DNA of 64,000 nt from an uncultured cyanobacterium (GTDB taxonomy: Bacteria > Cyanobacteriota > Cyanobacteriia > Cyanobacteriales > Nostocaceae), in assembly GCA_963706595.1 (NCBI GenBank), contig OY970166.1, positions 2,080,001-2,144,000 on the forward strand, in the 5' to 3' direction. The translations under genes and the position numbers were made by a program. The notes beneath the pieces were generated by a model that saw nothing but the letters and a program-made list of their open reading frames with translations, was not told the origin of the DNA and ran no database searches. Positions 43,357 to 50,109 of the stretch are shown in pieces (the first letter of the stretch is position 1; each line of letters begins with the position of its first letter).

Positions 43357-43754
43357 CTTATTTATTAGATACTGACACTTGCATTTACTGGATTAAAAAC
43401 ATTAATTCAGTTAGAGATAAAATTAAACAAATAGGATGGGAGCAAATTTGTATTTGCAACATTACCGTTGCGGAATTATATTTTGGTGCTTATAATTCTC
43501 AACGAGTCACAGAAAATTTAACTCGTGCAGAAAAATTCATTCAAGATATTGAAGTTATAAATTTAGATAATAATGCTGTAAAAAAGTTTGGAGAATTAAA
43601 AGCTGAACTTCGCAAAATAGGACAACCAGTTGCAGATTTTGATTTACTAATTGCTAGTGTTGCACTGACGAAAAGCTATATTTTAGTAACTAATAACACT
43701 CGTCATTATAGCCGAATTTCTAAGTTGAAATTAGAAAACTGGATTTCAGCTTAA
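43353..43754 (+). CDS. vapC: VapC PIN-domain toxin
   Basis: YLLDTD, TVAELYFG, FDLLIAS and LVTNN motifs. Confidence 0.92.
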   Translation: MTYLLDTDTCIYWIKNINSVRDKIKQIGWEQICICNITVAELYFGAYNSQRVTENLTRAEKFIQDIEVINLDNNAVKKFGELKAELRKIGQPVADFDLLIASVALTKSYILVTNNTRHYSRISKLKLENWISA

Positions 43755-43842
43755 AATATTTTTGTAGAAGTAGGTTAGAGCAAATAGCAAAAAATGACAA
43801 AATTTGCCATAGTATAAAAAAGTATATTCAGGAAATCACCTT

Positions 43843-44106
43843 ATGAAAAGTATGAATATTTCCTTACCTGATACTATGCGAACTTATATAGAAGAACAGG
43901 TAGCTCAAGGTGCTTACAGCAGCGTCAGTGAATATTTTCGGGAATTAGTGCGACAAGATCAAAAACAGAAAGCAAATGAACGTCTACAAACCATGCTCTT
44001 AGAAGGATTAAACTCTGGAAATGCAACAGAAATGACTGCTCAAGATTGGGAAGATATCCGTCAAACAGTCAGTGAAAGAATTAACAAACGTCAAAGCGCA
44101 AATTAG
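43843..44106 (+). CDS. ParD-like ribbon-helix-helix antitoxin (orphan)
   Basis: MNISLP, GAYSSVSEYFRELVR and LLEGLNSG motifs. No ParE follows. Confidence 0.85.
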   Translation: MKSMNISLPDTMRTYIEEQVAQGAYSSVSEYFRELVRQDQKQKANERLQTMLLEGLNSGNATEMTAQDWEDIRQTVSERINKRQSAN

Positions 44107-44149
44107 CAGTGATGTATTAAATTTAAAAAAGACCTCCAAAAAAAACGCT

Positions 44150-44368
44150 ATGAAATTTCAAGTAATTTTCACTTATGATTCAGAATATCTAGGTTACGTT
44201 GCTGAAGTACCAGAACTTCCTGGTTGTGTCAGTCAAGGTAAAACCTTAGATGAAGCAATTGAAAATATCAAAGATGCAATAAAAGGCTATCTTCACGTAT
44301 TAGAAAAACATGGTAAACCGTATGTACCTAAAGAGTCTCAATCTTTTGTAGGAGAAGTATTAGTATAA
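44150..44368 (+). CDS. hicB: HicB family antitoxin (short form)
   Basis: YVAEVPELPGCVSQGKTLDEAIENIKDAI. Confidence 0.9.
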   Translation: MKFQVIFTYDSEYLGYVAEVPELPGCVSQGKTLDEAIENIKDAIKGYLHVLEKHGKPYVPKESQSFVGEVLV

Positions 44369-44587
44369 ATGGGACGTTTATCCAATATTTCCGGTAAACA
44401 AACAATCAAAATTTTTGAAAAATTTGGCTATGCTGTAGATCATCAAACCGGAAGTCATATCATACTTTGGCACGAATCAAAACCCATTTTATCAGTTCCC
44501 AATCATAAAGAACTAGCACCAGGGTTACTCAGAAGTTTAATTAGACAAGCAGAAATTACAGTAGATGAATTTTTAGGAAATAAGTAA
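44369..44587 (+). CDS. hicA: HicA family toxin
   Basis: QTGSH, VPNHKEL and GLLRSLIRQA motifs. Confidence 0.9.
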   Translation: MGRLSNISGKQTIKIFEKFGYAVDHQTGSHIILWHESKPILSVPNHKELAPGLLRSLIRQAEITVDEFLGNK

Positions 44588-44595
44588 TACCTTTA

Positions 44596-44777
44596 GTGGG
44601 TAATCGCGTAACCCACCAAACCAATAACCTAAACTAAAATGGTGGGTTAGGTTGCAAACAAAAATCTTCACGTTGAACATACTATCTCTGCGCCTAACCC
44701 ACCCTAAATCCTTTGTTTCTTTAGGTTGCAAAGGTGAATGATCATGTTTACCAGATTATCCGGTGCGCCTCACCCAC
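44596..44777. repeat. REP/REPIN composite repeat, copy 2
   Basis: Near-identical to 42839-43020. Confidence 0.88.
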
Positions 44778-44860
44778 TTAGTTATGTTAATTACCTAGAG
44801 GATAAATAGGGTGTAATATAAGTTAAAACTTCAACAGCTTACCACACCCCAAATGTAATC

Positions 44861-45412
44861 ATGACCACAGATGCAGAATATCAAGGAAGAATTACCAGCT
44901 ATGACTGGGATGATTTAATGAGATTATGGTCAGAAATTAAAGCAAAAAATACTTCCAATTTTTGGGATGCAGATAAAGCATTAGAATATTTAGTTTTACG
45001 CGCATTTCAACTCGATGGTGCTGAAGTAGCTTGGCCTGATAGTGTAAAAATTAAAGGAAAAATAGTAGAACAAATTGACGGCGTGGTATACACAGACAGC
45101 CTAGCTTGCCTGATAGAATGTAAAGATACCACAGAAGAGGTTAATATTGAACCAATAGCAAAGCTACGAAATCAACTACTACGAAGACCAGCCACAGCTA
45201 TTGGTAGCGTGTTTAGTCGCACTGGATTTACAGAAGCCACCGTAACATTAACTGGGTTTGTTGCTCCTCAAACTATTCTATTGTGGGGAGGAGAAGAAAT
45301 TGAATATTCACTACAACATAAATTTATATGTAAATCCCTAGTCAAGAAATATCGTGTTTGTGTTCATAAAGGTATCCCTAACTACGACATTATAACGGAG
45401 AGTTTTTCATGA
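44861..45412 (+). CDS. Mrr-like PD-(D/E)xK restriction endonuclease domain protein
   Basis: LEYLV, EQIDG, LIECKD and GFTEA motifs. Confidence 0.78.
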   Translation: MTTDAEYQGRITSYDWDDLMRLWSEIKAKNTSNFWDADKALEYLVLRAFQLDGAEVAWPDSVKIKGKIVEQIDGVVYTDSLACLIECKDTTEEVNIEPIAKLRNQLLRRPATAIGSVFSRTGFTEATVTLTGFVAPQTILLWGGEEIEYSLQHKFICKSLVKKYRVCVHKGIPNYDIITESFS

Positions 45413-45963
45413 CACTAGCATATATGATTGCAGAAAGTGAAACAAATATAGAGATTTTACAGAAATTACTGCCAAAAAATCTGATTCAAGATATCCAATT
45501 TATAGCAGGTGAAAGTTCTTACAGAGCGCGTTCTTTAGCTACTTCACTTCTAGCGACTCGAAAAATACCAGTTGCTCTTGTCATCGATGCAGATACAGAT
45601 CACGAATCTCAAGTATTTGAAAAGCAAGATTTAATTAATTATGTATTAAATCAAGCATCTTCTGGTACTCCATTTCAATTATTTTTGGCTGTTCCTCAAT
45701 TAGAAATTTTATTGTTAGAAGATAAATCATTAATTGAGAAAATGGCACAAAGGAAATTTAATGATTTAGAATGGCAATTTGCCCAAAGTAAACCTAAAAA
45801 ATTTTTAGAGACAGTCTTAGGAAAAGAACAGTCAATAAACGAGAGAATATTTAGTAATATCAATGAGCAAGAAATTAAGATATTACGACAACACCCATTA
45901 ATACAACAAATGATAGTTTTCTTATCATCTCTGACCTCAGACGTGATGATAACACAGCGATGA
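45409..45963 (+). CDS. Hypothetical protein, possibly with a TOPRIM-like fold, coupled to the REase gene
   Basis: ATGA overlap with the upstream gene. It has an N-terminal strand with E (IAESE), LVIDAD and PQLE. Confidence 0.6.
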   Translation: MTLAYMIAESETNIEILQKLLPKNLIQDIQFIAGESSYRARSLATSLLATRKIPVALVIDADTDHESQVFEKQDLINYVLNQASSGTPFQLFLAVPQLEILLLEDKSLIEKMAQRKFNDLEWQFAQSKPKKFLETVLGKEQSINERIFSNINEQEIKILRQHPLIQQMIVFLSSLTSDVMITQR

Positions 45964-45964
45964 C

Positions 45965-46027
45965 GGGTTAGCGATCGCGTAACCCACCAAAGCAATAACC
46001 CAAGTGTAAATACTGGCTGAGGTTGCA
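45965..46027. repeat. REP repeat, copy 3 (truncated)
   Basis: GGGTTAGCGATCGCGTAACCCACC...GTGTAAATACTGGCTGAGGTTGCA. Confidence 0.85.
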
Positions 46028-46071
46028 CGTCGCCAAATTGGTAGCGAAGCCGCACGTAAATTGATAAAAAC

Positions 46072-46332
46072 CTATTTTTTATACACCTCTCGCCGATGCT
46101 TACATTGAATGAGTAAAATAATTAATTCTTGATCTTGAATTTCATAACGTAAGCGATAGTCTCCAATTCTAATTCGATATTCATTTTCATAACCTTTCAG
46201 TTTTACTACTCCATTAGGACGAGGTTCGTCTGCAAGCTGGCAAATCTTTTCATATACACGCTCTTTGAGATTATTAGGAAGATTATCTAATTGTTTTTGA
46301 ATAGATTTAGTTATAATAATTTGGTACGTCAT
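46072..46332 (-). CDS. relE: RelE/ParE family toxin
   Basis: PRPNGVVKLKG, YRIRIGDYRLRY and HRREVY motifs. Confidence 0.92.
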   Translation of the reverse strand: MTYQIIITKSIQKQLDNLPNNLKERVYEKICQLADEPRPNGVVKLKGYENEYRIRIGDYRLRYEIQDQELIILLIQCKHRREVYKK

Positions 46333-46337
46333 AGTAT

Positions 46338-46580
46338 CTATTTACGCTGATTGCTTAGATACTGCTCAAAAGTAGTATATTCACCATTGGCGTATTCATC
46401 ACGTACTAACTGAATCTCTCTTGCAGTTGCTTCATCTTCTTCCCAACTTTCTTCTTCAGCTTCAGCAATAGCTTGATCAAGAATCTCCCAAAGTAGCTTT
46501 TTTTCTGATAGATTTAGCCCACTTAAGGAGTTGATGAGTAACTCCATAGGAATGAATAAATTTAGTCCTGCTTGTGACAT
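46338..46580 (-). CDS. Putative antitoxin for RelE
   Basis: Acidic 80-aa ORF directly upstream of relE, with a GEYTTFEQY tail. Confidence 0.75.
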   Translation of the reverse strand: MSQAGLNLFIPMELLINSLSGLNLSEKKLLWEILDQAIAEAEEESWEEDEATAREIQLVRDEYANGEYTTFEQYLSNQRK

Positions 46581-46676
46581 TGCTTTGATTATCCTAATGT
46601 CTATCTTTATATTTTATCAGATAACTATTAGTTGATAGCACAAAATCGTGTTTTTGAATAGATTAAGTTATAGTAT

Positions 46677-46788
46677 GTAGGCTGAGTTAGCGATCGCATA
46701 ACCCACCAAACCAGTAACCCAAGTGTAAATACTGGCTGAGGTTGCAAAGGTGAATCATCATATTTACCAGATTATCCGGTGCGCCTCA
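46677..46788. repeat. REP repeat, copy 4
   Basis: GTAGGCTGAGTTAGCGATCGCATAACCCACC...GGCTGAGGTTGCAAAGG...CCGGTGCGCCTCA. Confidence 0.85.
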
Positions 46789-46833
46789 GTTATAATAAAA
46801 TAATACCGAAAATTTTACTCAACGTAGGAGTTA

Positions 46834-47103
46834 ATGATGGTAATAAAAATTGAAGAAATATATAGAGATATTGATACTTTACCAGAAGAAGCTCAAACCT
46901 TACTACTTGATTTTATTCAGTTACTCAAAAAGCGTTACCCACAAACAGAATTAGAAAATAATACTTCTATTTCTCCTCTCCAAAGCCTAGAATCTTTATC
47001 TGAACTTGACCCCTGGACACAAAGCCTAATAGGTGTAATTCCCTTAGAATCACAAAATCCAGAAGAAATTTATGTTAATTACCTAGAGGAGAAATATAGT
47101 TGA
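46834..47103 (+). CDS. DUF2281-like antitoxin (chimeric paralog of the 43066 gene)
   Basis: The first 36 aa are nearly identical to the 43066 ORF. The C-terminus (PWTQSLIGVI...YLEEKYS) is unrelated. Confidence 0.78.
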   Translation: MMVIKIEEIYRDIDTLPEEAQTLLLDFIQLLKKRYPQTELENNTSISPLQSLESLSELDPWTQSLIGVIPLESQNPEEIYVNYLEEKYS

Positions 47104-47516
47104 AACGGGTATTATTTGACAGCGATGTTTTGCTGGATATTTTAGCAGAGCGTCAACCGTTTGTTGTCGCCTCAGCACAAGCATTAAATACAGTCATCAA
47201 AAAACAGGTACAAGGCTTTGTTTCAGGACACGCTGTTACTAATATTTTCTATATTTTACGTCGCCAAATCGGTAGCGAAGCAGCACGTAAATTAATAGAA
47301 ACCTTATTGCAACACATTCAAATTGCCAGCGTTACAGATGAAGTAATTCACCAAGCTTTGCAAAGTCCAATTAAAGATTTTGAAGATGCGGTGACAAGTG
47401 CAGCAGCAATGGCTGCAAGTTTAGAAATAATTGTGACACGAAATACATCCGATTTTGTAGCTTCTTCAGTCCCAGCAGTGTTACCAGAAGAGTTCTTAAA
47501 AATTGTTTCTGATTAA
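47100..47516 (+). CDS. PIN-domain toxin
   Basis: VLFDSDVLLD, DFEDAV and IVTRN motifs. Confidence 0.88.
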   Translation: MKRVLFDSDVLLDILAERQPFVVASAQALNTVIKKQVQGFVSGHAVTNIFYILRRQIGSEAARKLIETLLQHIQIASVTDEVIHQALQSPIKDFEDAVTSAAAMAASLEIIVTRNTSDFVASSVPAVLPEEFLKIVSD

Positions 47517-47536
47517 GTTAGTATAAATAAAGATAG

Positions 47537-47765
47537 GACTACACAAGTAAACCCCTTTCACATGGCAAAACCATACAAATTATGATTCTCGAACCAAGCG
47601 AATCTACTCAAAAAATAGATTCTGAAGAATCCAAAATACAGCAATTTTTAGCACGAGTTAATAACTACTCCTTCCCACTCCCCCCAGACTACAAATTCAA
47701 TCGAGAAAAAATCTATGACAGATAAAATATTTCTCGATACCAATCTCTGGATTTATCTCTATGCT
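47537..47765 (+). pseudogene. Remnant TA pair: 5'-truncated antitoxin plus the first 18 codons of a PIN toxin
   Basis: ...LPPDYKFNREKIYDR* (stop at 47725) overlaps the ATG at 47715 of MTDKIFLDTNLWIYLYAK, which then breaks off. Confidence 0.7.
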
Positions 47766-47983
47766 AAAAAATTTTTATTGCTAGACAAATCATTTGCTGC
47801 TTCCACACAACCAATGTATTCTTGAGCCATAGTTAAAGCCGAAATACCTGATTTTTGGGGTTGATTTGATAACCCTTGTTTGTGGATTTTCGCTAGTAAA
47901 AATTCTACAAAATCCAGCGCCTCTTGTTGCCTATCAGGAGGTAATATCCTTACCTTGTCTATAATAATTTCTTCAATACTCAT
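47759..47983 (-). CDS. DUF2281-like antitoxin (orphan, probably 3'-truncated)
   Basis: LPPDRQQEALDFVEFLL and GCVEAANDLSSNK motifs. No toxin follows. Confidence 0.72.
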   Translation of the reverse strand: MSIEEIIIDKVRILPPDRQQEALDFVEFLLAKIHKQGLSNQPQKSGISALTMAQEYIGCVEAANDLSSNKNFLA

Positions 47984-48050
47984 TTTATTTGTCCTCTGGG
48001 AGAAATAAATATAGTTTAAATTTTATCACATAACACTATAATTAGCTAAT

Positions 48051-48098
48051 AGTGTAAATAGTGGCTGAGGTTGCAAAGGACAATCATCATGTTTACCA
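48051..48098. repeat. REP repeat, copy 5 (internal fragment)
   Basis: AGTGTAAATAGTGGCTGAGGTTGCAAAGGACAATCATCATGTTTACCA. Confidence 0.8.
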
Positions 48099-48148
48099 AA
48101 AAATATCAAAATAATATATACTACTGATAGTATGACTGTGGGTAGGAT

Positions 48149-48370
48149 ATGGCTAAAATCTCAATTTCATTGCCAGATGAACTACTAAATTACATTGACC
48201 AAAAAGTTGAAAACCGTAGTGCATTGATTGAAAATCTCTTGAAACAATGGCAAGAAAAACAACAAGATGAAGCACTAGCGGCCGCTTGCGCCTTGGTTGA
48301 TGAATTAGAATTAGGTTGGGAAAGTGAATGGCAAAATATAGCGATTACCGAATGGGAAGCATCTGGATAG
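48149..48370 (+). CDS. CopG/RHH antitoxin
   Basis: KISISLPDELLNYID and NRSALIE motifs. Confidence 0.82.
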   Translation: MAKISISLPDELLNYIDQKVENRSALIENLLKQWQEKQQDEALAAACALVDELELGWESEWQNIAITEWEASG

Positions 48371-48705
48371 TAACATTTGATTTCTCTGTAGGTACAGAAA
48401 TTCAAAAAACTCGTCCAGCACTCATAGTTTCTGGGACTTTGTTTAACAACCAACGCAGCAAAGTCACAGTTTTACCTTTTACTTCCGCCAAACCTAATAA
48501 TCCTCGTATTTCACCTGCGGTAGTTGCAGTACCTTCATCATCACAAAATGGACTTTCTGTAGACAGTCTTTTGATATGCGTTGAACCGATGACATTTGAC
48601 AAAATTCGTTTAACTCAACAACTAGGTGAATTAGAAACAGAATTACTAGAAAAAACCCAAAATATTCTGCGTAGATACCTGAGTTTAAGCAACTATCAAT
48701 CGTAA
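48328..48705 (+). CDS. mazF: PemK/MazF family toxin
   Basis: VGTEIQKTRPALIVS, VLPFTS and NGL..DS motifs. Confidence 0.9.
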   Translation: MAKYSDYRMGSIWIVTFDFSVGTEIQKTRPALIVSGTLFNNQRSKVTVLPFTSAKPNNPRISPAVVAVPSSSQNGLSVDSLLICVEPMTFDKIRLTQQLGELETELLEKTQNILRRYLSLSNYQS

Positions 48706-48708
48706 TTT

Positions 48709-48761
48709 GTAGGTTGGGTTACACAATTTGCAACCCAACTCTCAACGAAAGTTCCTCAGCC
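48709..48761. repeat. Degenerate GTAG REP, copy 6, at the right boundary of the island
   Basis: GTAGGTTGGGTT...AACCCAAC...CCTCAGCC. Confidence 0.65.
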
Positions 48762-48776
48762 ACATTATATAAATGC

Positions 48777-48926
48777 TTATGGCATAGGGTGAAAGAGAAG
48801 GTCAGGGAAAATGTAATTAAAGATTGCCCAAGTAGAGAACGCAACTATAACTGAAGCGACTGCAAGAACAGGTGCAGTGGAAAGATACTGAAGAAAATAT
48901 TCTTTTTCCTGATTTTGTTTTTTCAT
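48777..48926 (-). CDS. psaJ: Photosystem I subunit IX (stand-alone paralog, 49 aa, not in the ORF track)
   Basis: Manual translation: MKKQNQEKEYFLQYLSTAPVLAVASVIVAFSTWAIFNYIFPDLLFHPMP. It has the YLSTAPVL and NxxFPDLLFHP signatures. Confidence 0.9.
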   Translation of the reverse strand: MKKQNQEKEYFLQYLSTAPVLAVASVIVAFSTWAIFNYIFPDLLFHPMP

Positions 48927-49145
48927 AGAATTATTTCCTATCCTCGTTAACTCAATTATATCCTAAAAAAATATATTAACTATAAATCTAGCTGAAGTAA
49001 CATTCATAAAATTCACATTTAGTCCTATTTATATAGTCCATTGGATAGCAGAAGCACCTCAAATAATAGTGACAAACAATAACTTATTTTGAGTTAAATT
49101 AGAATATGAAAGATTAAATTTAGTTTTTTTATAAATATTATCAAA

Positions 49146-50021
49146 ATGAAGTTTATAGACTGGGCTACTAGAGTATTACTGATTTCCCTGATGTTGACCA
49201 CACTAATGATAGTTTTGTCCCTGGGAAGAATACAAAGCAATAAAATAACTTCTCATTCCGAAATTGCCGATATAACTACAGACTGGAGTCAATATCCACA
49301 AGCAGAATTACAATCATCAAACAGCCCAGAGGATGAGCCACCAGAAGATTTACCCGCGCCTTCAGTCACCACTAATCAAAGTGCTGGGAGATACAAAACT
49401 ACAGAAGCTTTTGCCAAGTACACACCCCGATATGAAATCGCCTCAGTACACCCCAGCAACTATGGAGAACGCTATTCTCAAGACGTTAATGGCTTACCTC
49501 TGAACAATCAACCAATTATTGTGCTTCATGAAACAGCAGAATCTGCTGATAGTGCTGTGAATTTTTTTAACACACTCAACGAAGATGATAGTGTGCAAGC
49601 AAGTTATCATGCTTTAATTAAACTAGATGGCACAATTGTTTATTTAGTCCCCCCAGATAAACGAGCTTATGGGGCAGCTAATTCGGTTTTTGCTAGTCCC
49701 AATGGTGTTGAAACTGTGACTACTAATCCTAATTTAGCATCCTCTGTGAATAATTTTGCTTATCACGTTTCTTTAGAAACACCACCAGACGGACGGGGAA
49801 ATAATTTTCTTAAGTCTCATAGTGGTTATACAGAGGTACAATACAATTCTCTAGCTTGGTTAATTGCTCAAAGTCAAGTTCCAGACTATCGCATTACTAC
49901 CCATCAAGCTGTAGATCGTTCTGGTCAAAAAATTGACCCCATTAGTTTTGATGGTAATAAATTTTTACGCTTACTTCATACCTATCGTCAGATTAATCCC
50001 AGCTATGAGGCTCAAAATTAA
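49146..50021 (+). CDS. N-acetylmuramoyl-L-alanine amidase (Amidase_2/PGRP family)
   Basis: N-terminal TM segment, plus IVLHET, ASYH, VSLE and TTH..VD...KIDP motifs. Confidence 0.85.
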   Translation: MKFIDWATRVLLISLMLTTLMIVLSLGRIQSNKITSHSEIADITTDWSQYPQAELQSSNSPEDEPPEDLPAPSVTTNQSAGRYKTTEAFAKYTPRYEIASVHPSNYGERYSQDVNGLPLNNQPIIVLHETAESADSAVNFFNTLNEDDSVQASYHALIKLDGTIVYLVPPDKRAYGAANSVFASPNGVETVTTNPNLASSVNNFAYHVSLETPPDGRGNNFLKSHSGYTEVQYNSLAWLIAQSQVPDYRITTHQAVDRSGQKIDPISFDGNKFLRLLHTYRQINPSYEAQN

Positions 50022-50041
50022 AAGCGCTTTTGTGCAATCGT

Positions 50042-50096
50042 TGTAGAGAGGTTCCATGGAACGTCTCTACATTCTTTGACTTTTGAATTTTGACTT
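50042..50096. repeat. GTAG REP palindrome plus STRR
   Basis: TGTAGAGAGGTTCCATGGAACGTCTCTACA, then (TTTTGAC)-like heptamers. Confidence 0.75.
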
Positions 50097-50109
50097 CCGC
50101 ACAGCGCCG

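Noticed and set aside
42834..48761. Repeats as a CRISPR array or classical integron attC sites
   Set aside because: The units are long, variable palindromes separated by whole genes. There is no constant repeat-spacer period, no cas or intI gene, and no consistent RYYYAAC/GTTRRRY ends.
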